Part shown: piece by piece, positions 1 through 10,899 of the stretch
How the letters are laid out: each line of letters starts with the position of its first letter
Numbering within the stretch: position 1 is the stretch's first letter
NCBI GenBank assembly: GCA_964016885.1
Contig: OZ024744.1
Location: 106,454,001-106,518,000, forward strand
Direction: 5' to 3'
Length of the DNA: 64,000 nt
From: Eledone cirrhosa
Taxonomy: Eukaryota
Made by a program: the position numbers and the translations under genes
Notes under the pieces: model-generated
What the model was told of the DNA's origin: nothing
Seen by the model: only the letters and a program-made list of their open reading frames with translations
Databases searched by the model: none

Positions 1-76
1 CCGAGTACTTGATACTTGGGGTGTTAGAGTGGCCCTGAATCTTTTCACATATATATATATTATATATATACTAGAC

Positions 77-226
77 TTTGCAGCATAGAGTTGCGGCCCT
101 TTATGGTCTGAGTTCAAATCCCGCCGAGGTTAATTTTGCCTTTCATCCTTACGGGGTCGATAAAATAAAGTACCAGTAATACACTGGGATAATTGCTGGC
201 CTTGTGCCAAATGTAGAAACAATTAT
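77..226 (+). mobile_element. SINE family B (MetaSINE-like domain), 5'-truncated
   Basis: B box GAGTTCAAATCCC, domain TTTGCCTTTCATCCTTACGGGGTCGATAAAATAAAGTACCAG, and tail GTAGAAACAATTAT. Confidence 0.8.
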
Positions 227-440
227 ATATATACTAGGCTACCTGTGACCCGTTGGGTCACGTTCACTTCAAAATATTTTTTTTAAATCATGTTCACTTA
301 AAAATAATTTTTAAATAATTAATATATACGTGTGTGTATGTATATATATAAATGTGTGTGTGTATATACATATATATATGTATGTGTGTGTATATATATA
401 TATAAATGTGGGTGTCTGTGATCTATATACACATATATAT

Positions 441-780
441 TATCATCATCATTTCATTTTACGTCCGCTTTTTCCCTGCTTGCAAGGGTGGGACGGGAAC
501 TGATTCTGGCTTGATTTCTACAGCTGGATGCCCTTCCTAACACCAACCTCATTTACAGTGAGTGCTGGGTGCTTTTTTGCCGTGGCACCTCCATGACCAC
601 TTTACAGTGGAATGATAGGGACCCCTGTCCCTATCATCTCATTTCTACAGCTGAGTAAACTGGAGCAATGTGAAATAAAGTGTCTTGCTCAAGGAAACAA
701 CACATCACTCGGTCTGAGAATTGAACTCACAACCTTTTGATTGCAAGGCCAATGCTCTAACCACTAAGCCATATGCCTCC
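441..780 (-). mobile_element. tRNA-derived SINE, family A (CORE-like centre, RTE-type tail)
   Basis: A box TGGCTTAGTGG and B box GTTCAATTC, a CCTTGAGCAAGACACTT core, and a tail CAAGCAGGGAAAAAGCGGACGTAAAATG(ATG)n. A near-identical inverted copy lies at 8384-8733. Confidence 0.85.
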
Positions 781-794
781 ATATATATATATAC

Positions 795-847
<53 letters not shown>

Positions 848-1084
848 AGAAGGTAGTACAGCATAATCGAAGCTCTGGTTGCGGGCAAGCTAACGAATGC
901 AGTTGGGATGTGCAGCTAAAGCACTCAATAAGGAATTTACCTTAGAGTTATAACATTACGTTTAGACAGCTATGCAAATTGAAGACAGCGACCGAAATGC
1001 GAGCCGCTAGGACCAGAACAACGAAAAAAAAACGACTCAGGAAAATCTTTGACAATTACCTGGACCATCATGGATATATTACAT

Positions 1085-1249
1085 AATTGTTTCTACGTTA
1101 GGCACAAGGCCAGCAATTACCCAGTGTATTACTGGTACTTTATTTTATCGACCCCCGTAAGGTTGAAAGGCAAAGTTAACCTCGGCGGGATTCGAACTCA
1201 GAATGGCAAGGGCCGTAACTCTATGCCTCAAAGCATGGCGCCCGACCCT
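1085..1249 (-). mobile_element. SINE family B
   Basis: Reverse complement of the same B box, Meta-like domain and tail. Confidence 0.8.
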
Positions 1250-1723
1250 AATATTATATAACATCTCCACTAGGTTTCTGTAAATCCGAAATCAACAAAA
1301 TCCATTTGCAGGAGCCTGGCCTGCAGGTTAATTGGTCTTTGGAAGATAGAACAGTGGAATTTACTTCGTCAACAAGTTTTCGTTCTGCCGCCACCGGTTG
1401 TAAGAACTAGTAGTAAACACTGCCAGTAGTCACGTGGTTTATCCGCAACAAAACCACCAGCTCTCTCTCTCTCTTCCATTCTCCTTCTCTGTCTCCTCCC
1501 TTCTCTCTATGTCTCTCTTTCAATCTACTCTCTCATAACCACTATCTCTTTCTCTCTATCCTTCTCTCTCTCTGTTTATGAAGGTACCTGGAAAAACCCT
1601 TGTAACTAACAACAGATAGTATCAACTACGAGAAACACTATTTCTTTGATCTGATTTGATGATCAATTCCTTTCCTTATTTTTTTGTTTGTAATGTTGAA
1701 GTAAACATTTTTCTCTTATCTAG

Positions 1724-1827
1724 ATTGATATACAGAACTGTACAGTTCCATCACTTGGTGTTAAAAATGCCACATCACCATTACCATCAACATTTCAACA
1801 GGAAGAGTACGAAGAACAAGATCAAAG
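1724..1827 (+). CDS. GLE1: Internal coding exon 1 (in window) of GLE1-like gene; IDIQNCTVPSLGVKNATSPLPSTFQQEEYEEQDQ
   Basis: Acceptor ttttctcttatctag at 1723 and donor AAG|gtacga at 1828. Open, phase 0 to phase 2, matching the next exon. The start codon exon is probably upstream of the window. Gene identity rests on downstream exons. Confidence 0.55.
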
Positions 1828-1876
1828 GTACGAAACATATTTCATGTTAATTTCTCAGGATTTAATATTTCAGCCT

Positions 1877-2268
1877 ATTAACCCTTTTCTTACTAGATTT
1901 CTAATATTAACCCTTTTCTTACTAGATTTCTAATATTAACCCTTTTCTTACAAGATTTCTAATATTAACCCTTTTCTTACTAGATTTCTAATATTAACCC
2001 TTTTCTTACTAGATTTCTAATATTAACCCTTTTCTTACTAGATTTCTAATATTAAAACCCTTTTCGTACTAGATTTCTAATATTAACCCTTTTCTTACTA
2101 GATTTCTAATATTAACCCTTTTATTACTAGATTTCTAATATTAACCCTTTTCTTACTAGATTTCTAATATTAACCCTTTTATTACTAGATTTCTAATATT
2201 AACCCTTTTCTTACTAGATTTCTAATATTAACCCTTTTATTACTAGATTTCTAATATTAACCCTTTTG
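1877..2268. repeat. 29-bp minisatellite, ~13 copies (ATTAACCCTTTTCTTACTAGATTTCTAAT)
   Basis: Direct periodicity of 29 bp. Confidence 0.95.
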
Positions 2269-2475
2269 AAATAAAAATCACTGCCTTTGGTTTTCAAATA
2301 ATTTTGAAAATAATCAAGAATTTGGAGAGACTTAGTAATATAACTTTCTTGTTATTATGTTGGTATTTGGAATATAACTTAACAAAGGTTCTTACATAAG
2401 ATCATAATGAATGGTTTTCAGATACATTATAAATATGAAAGTGATATTAAAATAGTAATGGTGAAACTTACTGCC

Positions 2476-5400
2476 GGGTTGGATGAGATGACCAGGTCAA
2501 TACTGGACATGAGTTGGATGTGTTGACCAGGTCAATACTGGACATGGGTTGGATGAGATGACCAGGTCAATACTGGACATGGGTTGGATATGTTGATCAG
2601 GTCAATACTGGACATGGGTTGGATATGTTGATCAGGTCAATACTGGACACGGGTTGGATGTGGTGTAAATGACCAGGTCAATACTGGACATGGGTTGGAT
2701 GTGGTGTAAATGACCAGGTCAATACTGGACATGGGTTGGATGTGTTGACCAGGTCAATACTGGACATGGGTTGGATGAGATGACCAGGTCAATACTGGAC
2801 ATGGGTTGGATATGTTGATCAGGTCAATACTGGACACGGGTTGGATGTGGTGTAAATGACCAGGTCAATACTGGACATGGGTTGGATGTGGTGTAAATAA
2901 CCAGGTCAATACTGGACACGGGTTGGATGTGGTGTAAATGACCAGGTCAATACTGGACATGGGTTGGATGTGGTGTAAATGACCAGGTCAATACTGGACA
3001 TGGGTTGGATATGTTGATCAGGTCAATACTGGACATGGGTTGGATGTGGTGTAAATGACCAGGTCAATACTGGACATGGGTTGGATGTGTTGATCAGGTC
3101 AATACTGGACATGGGTTGGATGTGGTGTAAATGACCAGGTCAATACTGGACATGGGTTGGATGTGTTGATCAGGTCAATACTGGACATGAGTTGGATGTG
3201 GTGTAAATGACCAGCTCAATCCTGGACATGGGTTGGATGAGATGACCAGGTCAATACTGGACATGGGTTGGATGTGGTGTAAATGACCAGTAAATGCTGG
3301 ACATGGGTTGGATGTGGTGTAAATGACCAGGTCAATACTGGACATGGGTTGGATGTGGTGTAAATAACCAGGTCAATACTGGACATGGGTTGGATGTGGT
3401 GTAAATAACCAGGTTAATACTGGACATGGGTTGGATGTGGTGTAAATAACCAGGTCAATACTGGACATGGGGTGGATGTGGTGTAAATAACCAGGTCAAT
3501 ACTGGACATGGGTTGGATGTGGTGTAAATGACCAGGTCAATATTGGACATGGGTTGGATGTGGTGTAAATAACCAGGTCAATACTGGACATGGGTTGGAT
3601 GTGGTGTAAGTGACCAGGTCAATACTGGACATGGGTTGGATGTGGTGTAAATGACCAGGTCAATACTGGACATGGGTTGGATGTGTTGACCAGGTCAATA
3701 CTGGACATGGGTTGGATGTGGTGTAAATGACCAGGTCAATACTGGACATGGGTTGGATATGTTGATCAGGTCAATACTGGACACGGGTTGGATGTGGTGT
3801 AAATGACCAGGTCAATACTGGACATGGGTTGGATGTGGTGTAAATGACCAGGTCAATACTGGACATGGGTTGGATGTGGTGTAAATGACCAGGTCAATAC
3901 TGGACATGGGTTGGATGTGGTGTAAATGACCAGGTCAATACTGGACATGGGTTGGATGTGGTGTAAATGACCAGTAAATGCTGGACATGGGTTGGATGTG
4001 GTGTAAATGACCAGTAAATGCTGGACATGGGTTGGATGTGGTGTAAATGACCAGGTCAATACTGGACATGGGTTGGATGTGGTGTAAATGACCAGTAAAT
4101 GCTGGACATGGGTTGGATGTGGTGTAAGTGACCAGGTCAATACTGGACATGGGTTGGATGTGGTGTAAGTGACCAGGTCAATACTGGACATGGGTTGGAT
4201 GTGGTGTAAATAACCAGGTCAATACTGGACATGGGGTGGATGTGGTGTAAATAACCAGGTCAATACTGGACATGGGGTGGATGTGGTGTAAATGACCAGG
4301 TCAATACTGGACATGGGTTGGATGTGGTGTAAATGACCAGGTCAATACTGGACATGGGTTGGATGTGGTGTAAATGACCAGTAAATGCTGGACATGGGTT
4401 GGATGTGGTGTAAGTGACCAGGTCAATACTGGACATGGGTTGGATGTGGTGTAAATAACCAGGTCAATACTGGACATGGGGTGGATGTGGTGTAAATGAC
4501 CAGGTCAATACTGGACATGGGTTGGATGTGGTGTAAATGACCAGGTCAATACTGGACATGGGTTGGATGTGGTGTAAATGACCAGTAAATGCTGGACATG
4601 GGTTGGATGTGGTGTAAGTGACCAGGTCAATACTGGACATGGGTTGGATGTGGTGTAAATAACCAGGTCAATACTGGACATGGGTTGGATGTGGTGTAAA
4701 TGACCAGGTCAATACTGGACATGGGTTGGATATGGTGTAAATGACCAGGTCAATACTGGACATGGGGTGGATGTGGTGTAAGTGACCAGGTCAATACTGG
4801 ACATGGGTTGGATGTGGTGTAAATGACCAGGTCAATACTGGACATGGGTTGGATATGGTGTAAATGACCAGGTCAATACTGGACATGGGTTGGATGTGGT
4901 GTAAGTGACCAGGTCAATACTGGACATGGGTTGGATGTGGTGTAAGTGACCAGGTCAATACTGGACATGGGTTGGATGTGGTGTAAATGACCAGGTCAAT
5001 ACTGGACATGGGGTGGATGTGGTGTAAATGACCAGGTCAATACTGGACATGGGGTGGATGTGGTGTAAATAACCAGGTCAATACTGGACATGGGGTGGAT
5101 GTGTTGACCAGATCAATACTGGACATGGGGTGGATGTGGTGTAAATGACCAGATCAATACTGGACATGGGGTGGATGTGGTGTAAATAACCAGGTCAATA
5201 CTGGACATGGGTTGGATGTGGTGTAAATGACCAGGTCAATACTGGACATGGGTTGGATGTGGTGTAAATAACCAGGTCAATACTGGACATGGGGTGGATG
5301 TGGTGTAAATGACCAGGTCAATACTGGACATGGGTTGGATATGTTGATCAGGTCAATACTGGACACGGGTTGGATGTGGTGTAAGTGACCAGGTCAATAC

Positions 5401-7765
5401 TGGACATGGGGTGGATGTGGTGTAAATGACCAGGTCAATACTGGACATGGGTTGGATGTGGTGTAAATAACCAGGTCAATACTGGACATAGGTTGGATAT
5501 GGTGTAAATGACCAGGTCAATACTGGACATGGGGTGGATGTGGTGTAAATAACCAGGTCAATACTGGACATGGGGTGGATGTGGTGTAAGTGACCAGGTC
5601 AATACTGGACATGGGGTGGATGTGGTGTAAATGACCAGGTCAATACTGGACATGGGTTGGATGTGGTGTAAATAACCAGGTCAATACTGGACATGGGGTG
5701 GATGTGGTGTAAATGACCAGGTCAATACTGGACATGGGTTGGATGTGGTGTAAATAACCAGGTCAATACTGGACATGGGGTGGATGTGGTGTAAATGACC
5801 AGGTCAATACTGGACATGGGTTGGATGTGGTGTAAATAACAAGGTCAATACTGGACATGGGGTGGATGTGTTGACCAGGTCAATACTGGACATGGGTTGG
5901 ATGTGGTGTAAATGACCAGGTCAATACTGGACATGGGTTGGATGTGGTGTAAATGACCAGGTCAATACTGGACATGGGGTAGATGTGGTGTAAATAACCA
6001 GGTCAATACTGGACATGGGGTGGATGTGGTGTAAATGACCAGGTCAATACTGGACATGGGTTGGATGTGGTGTAAATAACAAGGTCAATACTGGACATGG
6101 GGTGGATGTGTTGACCAGGTCAATACTGGACATGGGTTGGATGTGGTGTAAATGACCAGGTCAATACTGGACATGGGGTAGATATGGTGTAAGTGACCAG
6201 GTCAATACTGGACATGGGTTGGATGTGGTGTAAATGACCAGGTCAATACTGGACATGGGTTGGATGTGGTGTAAATGACCAGGTCAATACTGGACATGGG
6301 TTGGATGTGGTGTAAATGACCAGGTCAATACTGGACATGGGTTGGATGTGGTGTAAATGACCAGGTCAATACTGGACATGGGGTGGATGTGTTGACCAGG
6401 TCAATGCTGGACATGAGTTGGATGTGGTGTAAATGACCAGCTCAATCCTGGACATGGGTTGGATGAGATGACCAGGTCAATACTGGACATGGGTTGGATG
6501 TGGTGTAAATGACCAGTAAATGCTGGACATGGGTTGGATGTGGTGTAAATGACCAGGTAAATGCTGGACATGGGTTGGATGTGGTGTAAGTGACCAGGTC
6601 AATACTGGACATGGGTTGGATGTGGTGTAAGTGACCAGGTCAATACTGGACATGGGTTGGATGTGGTGTAAGTGACCAGGTCAATACTGGACATGGGTTG
6701 GATGTGGTGTAAGTGACCAGGTCAATACTGGACATGGGTTGGATGTGGTGTAAATGACCAGGTCAATACTGGACATGGGGTGGATGTGGTGTAAATGACC
6801 AGGTCAATACTGGACATGGGTTGGATGTGTTGACCAGGTCAATACTGGACATGGGTTGGATGTGGTGTAAATGACCAGGTCAATACTGGACATGGGGTGG
6901 ATGTGGTGTAAATAACCAGGTCAATACTGGACATGGGTTGGATATGGTGTAAATAACCAGGTCAATACTGGACATGGGTTGGATGTGGTGTAAATGACCA
7001 GGTCAATACTGGACATGGGTTGGATGTGGTGTAAATGACCAGGTCAATACTGGACATGGGGTGGATGTGGTGTAAATGACCAGGTCAATACTGGACATGG
7101 GTTGGATGTGTTGACCAGGTCAATACTGGACATGGGTTGGATGTGGTGTAAATGACCAGGTCAATACTGGACATGGGGTGGATGTGGTGTAAATAACCAG
7201 GTCAATACTGGACATGGGTTGGATATGGTGTAAATAACCAGGTCAATACTGGACATGGGTTGGATGTGGTGTAAATGACCAGGTCAATACTGGACATGGG
7301 TTGGATGTGGTGTAAATGACCAGGTCAATACTGGACATGGGGTGGATGTGGTGTAAATGACCAGGTCAATACTGGACATGCTGACATAGGATGTGGTGTA
7401 AATGACCAGATCAATACTGGACATGGGTTGGATGTGGTGTAAATGACCAGGTCAATACTGGACATGGGGTGGATGTGGTCTAAATGACCAGGTCAATACT
7501 GGACATGGGTTGGATGTGGTGTAAATGACCAGGTCAATACTGGACATGGGTTGGATGTGGTGTAAATGACCAGGTCAATACTGGACATGGGTTGAATGTG
7601 GTGTAAATGACCAGGTCAATACTGGACATGCTGACATAGGATGTGGTGTAAATAACCAGATCAATACTGGACATGGGTTGGATGTGGTGTAAATGACCAG
7701 GTCAATACTGGATATGGGTTGGATGTGGTGTAAATGACCAGAACAATGCTGGACATGCTGACATA
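2476..7765. repeat. 41-bp minisatellite (35/39-bp variants), ~130 copies (GACCAGGTCAATACTGGACATGGGTTGGATGTGGTGTAAAT)
   Basis: Direct periodicity. Confidence 0.97.
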
Positions 7766-8161
7766 GCTGAAGAACCCTCTCGACCCTTTGTTTGACATGA
7801 TTTCTCTAACTGGATGCTCTTCCTATCACCATCCATTACAGAATGTACTGTGTGTATTTTATTGTGACAGCTACAATTGAGCTTGACATGTTCTTGACAC
7901 ATCTGAAGAGTTACTTCAACCCTAAAACATTTCTCATCTGTTTATGATAATGAAGGGTTTTTTATGAAAGCAAATCTAAAACTTTAAGTCTTACCTCTGT
8001 TCTGTATGAGCTTATGTCTTGGTTTCAGTTCATGGCTCTTACATTACTTACCCGCTTCAAAGAAGTGAGGCATGAACACCACACATCCTCATTACCCACC
8101 TATTCCCATAAATAAATCTGTTGTTTTGTTTCTGTACTAAATTATTATTTTCCAATTCCAG

Positions 8162-8327
8162 TAACCTGTCTTTTAGTCAAATCTTGCCTGTAAATGATGT
8201 GAATCTGGAGAATATGGCAAACAAAACCAAAGCCGAAGTCAAGGAATCCTCTCCTAAAACTCCTGAGTATTTACAAAAAAAGCTTCTCATGGTTGAGTAC
8301 AAAGACAGCTGTGAAAACCAAAGTAAG
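8162..8327 (+). CDS. GLE1: Coding exon 2; (S)NLSFSQILPVNDVNLENMANKTKAEVKESSPKTPEYLQKKLLMVEYKDSCENQSK
   Basis: Acceptor ttttccaattccag at 8161 and donor AAG|gtcagt at 8328 (alternative gtaagg at 8323). Phase 2 to 0, and lies within ORF 8121-8519. Confidence 0.65.
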
Positions 8328-8383
8328 GTCAGTCAAATCTCAAGTTTTTACCATAAGATTAGGATACACACAAACATATATAT

Positions 8384-8733
8384 GGAGGTATATGGCTTAG
8401 TGGTTAGAGCATTGGCCTTGCAATCGAAAGGTTGTGAGTTCAATTCTCAGACCGGGTGGTGTGTTGTTTCCTTGAGCAAGACACTTTATTTCACATTGTT
8501 CCAGTTTACTCAGCTGTAGAAATGAGATGATAGGGACTGGGTTCCCTATCATTCCACTGCAAAGTGGTCGTGAAGGTGCCACGGCAAAAAAGCACCCAGC
8601 ACTCACTGTAGATGAGGTTGGTGTTAGGAAGGGCATCCAGCTGTAGAAATCAAGCCAGAATCAGTTCCCGTCTCACCCTTGCAAGCAGGGAAAAAGCGGA
8701 CGTAAAATGAAATGATGATGATGATGATGATGA
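8384..8733 (+). mobile_element. tRNA-derived SINE, family A
   Basis: Full-length copy of the 441-780 element. Its tail matches the 3' end of the LINE at 61868-62950. Confidence 0.85.
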
Positions 8734-8750
8734 TATATGTATATATATAT

Positions 8751-8822
8751 ACTCTTTTATTCTTTTACTCTTTTACCTGGTCCAGGCCATCTAGCCAATA
8801 CCATGCTGGGGCACCACCCTTC
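8751..8822 (-). mobile_element. Retroposon-like 3' tail fused to the U6 fragment
   Basis: The minus strand reads GAAGGGTGGTGCCCCAGCATGG...CCAGG followed by an 8-bp tail repeat (TAAAAGAG/TAAAAGAA)x3, ending in a (TA)n tract. It resembles the common octopus SINE/LINE tail GGTGCTCCAGCATGGCC...GTAAAAGA as I recall it. Confidence 0.65.
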
Positions 8823-8867
8823 AAAAAATTTGGAACACTTCACGAATTTGCGTGTCATCCTTGCGCA
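8823..8867 (-). pseudogene. U6: U6 snRNA 3' fragment (5'-truncated retrocopy) including the terminal U-tract
   Basis: The minus strand reads TGCGCAAGGATGACACGCAAATTCGTGAAGTGTTCCAAATTTTTT, against canonical U6 3' end TGCGCAAGGATGACACGCAAATTCGTGAAGCGTTCCATATTTTT (2 mismatches). Confidence 0.92.
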
Positions 8868-8871
8868 TATA

Positions 8872-9005
8872 TCATAATCATCATCATTTTATGTCTGCTT
8901 TTCTCTGCTTGCAAGGGTCGGACGGGTCCTATTCAGCACAGCATCTCTCCACTTGTCACGGTCCTTTGTCTTCTCCTCCGTGAGTTTCAGCGATCTGAGG
9001 TCTGT
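8872..9005 (-). mobile_element. Severely 5'-truncated copy of the RTE LINE at 61868
   Basis: About 130 bp nearly identical to 61868-61993. Confidence 0.85.
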
Positions 9006-9014
9006 ATATATATA

Positions 9015-9210
9015 TATTCTATTCTATTCTAAGGCGGGTAAAATTCCCGAGATCCATGGACGAATTCTCTCCAGCGGTCTCTGTCCCTCATTATCGGTGC
9101 CATGTCCTGCGTCTCCAACAGACCAGTGTCTGTCCTTAGGGCATCAACATACGTTAACCTTGGTCTTCCTCTTCTAGTGAGCATGTCCAGCTAACCTCAG
9201 TCTCCTCTGT
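9015..9210 (-). mobile_element. 3' fragment of a second RTE-like LINE
   Basis: The minus strand gives RRLRLAGH...MRDRDRWRE-like remnants and an (AATAG)n tail. Confidence 0.6.
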
Positions 9211-9262
9211 GTATATATATACATAAATATATATATATATATATTCATCGATCTGTATATAT

Positions 9263-9880
9263 GTATATATATATAAAAAACATGAGAAGAAAGCAGAATA
9301 CTGCATGGTTTGCACATGGGTTACATATGATAAAAATAGTCCTTCGTCAGTGATTTTCCAACCATCATTGGTATTTCATCACATTAAAAATCAGATACCT
9401 CAGGTTGGTGCGAGCAATAACTAAAATAAGTTATTGGGACCAGTAATCGCGTAAAGCGAGGGGGACAAGTGAACAACATAGAAGGATAAAAACAAACCAA
9501 AGAAAGGAAATAAACAAGCAACATGGTAGTCCTGGTCAGCATAAGCTGGGTGCATTTCATGAGCGAAAGGTACAGACGTCCGACGTGAGTGAGATGTAAG
9601 CAAGAAGAGACCCACTGTAAGCCAAACGGGAGGAAGTGAGAAGGGGAGAAACAGAGAGTGAGTGAGTGGAAGTGCGAGGAAACGGTCAGTTGAGAGAAAG
9701 TGTAACTGACAGAGGGGGCGAAAGAAGTGAGAGAAACAGAGAGAGCGGGGAAGTAGTAAGAGAGAAATAGACAAACACAGCCGAGGTAAATATATATAAA
9801 AAACATGAGAAGAAAGAAGAATACTGCGTGGTTTGCACATGGGTTACATATGATAAAAATAATCCTTCGTCAGTGATATA
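9263..9880 (-). mobile_element. Element with ~90-bp terminal direct repeats (Penelope-like pseudo-LTR remnant?)
   Basis: AAAAAACATGAGAAGAAAG...CCTTCGTCAGTGAT occurs at ~9272-9354 and ~9795-9877. The minus strand carries CTGACGAAGG and a pyrimidine-rich interior. Confidence 0.5.
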
Positions 9881-10057
9881 TATATATATATACATACAAG
9901 GAGTTTTGATTTTAAAGTTGTTGTTTGTCTTTGTCCACATCCAAATGTGGCCTGGCATTGTTTAATTAAATGTTATCCTCTGAAAAAACCTTCATTAATT
10001 AAATGTTATTGTCTTCCCAAAACTGCAAGCTATTGATATTTATTGAAGGAAATGGCT

Positions 10058-10835
10058 GTAGATTCTTGAGATGGGGAGAAGTATGGAAGGACATCATTCT
10101 AGATTCTTAAGATGAGGGAAGTATGGGAGGACGTCACTCTAGATTCTTCAGAGGAGGGAAGTATGGAAGGAAATGATTGTAGATTCTTGAGATGAGGGAA
10201 GTAAGGAAGGGCATCATTCTAGATTCTTGAGACAAGGGAAGTATGGAAGGAAATAACTGTAGATTCTTGGGATGGGGAAGTATGGTAGGACATCATTCTA
10301 GAATTTTGAGATGAGGGAAGTATGGAAGGAAATAAGTGTTGATTCTTGAAATGGGGGAAGTATAGTAGGACATAATTCTAGATTCTTGAAATGAGAGAAG
10401 TATGGAAGGAAATAACTAGATTCTTAGGATGGGGGAAGTATAGTAGGACATCACTAGATTCTTGAGAAGATAGAAGTATGGAAGGACATCATGCTGGATT
10501 CTTGAGATAGGGGAAGTATGGAAGGACATCATTCTAGATTCTTGAGATGAGGGAAGTATGGAAGGACATCATTCTAGATTCTTGAGATTGGAGAAGTATG
10601 GAAGGACATCATTCTAGATTCTTGAGATGGGAGAAGTATGGAAGGACATCATTCTAGATTCTTGAGATGGGGGATGTATAGAAGGACATCATTCTAGATT
10701 CTTGAGATGGGAGAAGTATAGAAGGACATCATTCTAGATTATTGAGATGGGGAAGTATGGAAGGACATCATTCTAGATTCTTGAGATGGGGGAAGTATGG
10801 AAGGACATCATTCTAGATTCTTGAGATGAGGGAAG
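10058..10835. repeat. 40-bp minisatellite, ~19 copies (TAGATTCTTGAGATGGGGGAAGTATGGAAGGACATCATTC)
   Basis: Direct periodicity, more homogeneous at the 3' end. Confidence 0.93.
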
Positions 10836-10899
10836 CAAGCAACATTTTAAGTACTTAGAAAATAAATACTTCAGTGGAGAACAGTGTTTCAATAAAGGT

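Noticed and set aside
231-275. Helitron-like 5' end (TACTAG plus the GTGACCC/GGGTCAC hairpin)
   Set aside because: It is too short and has no identifiable matching 3' end, so it cannot be supported.
841-1440. Possible first exon or promoter of the host gene
   Set aside because: It is mildly CpG-containing, but I found no convincing ATG exon with a donor or GLE1 N-terminal motif.
8384-8455. tRNA gene
   Set aside because: The A/B boxes belong to a SINE head that continues into core and tail, and there is no proper acceptor stem. The same applies to 710-780.
8823-8867. Functional U6 gene
   Set aside because: It lacks the 5' ~60 nt including the ACAGAGA box and has no upstream promoter, so it is a fragment only.
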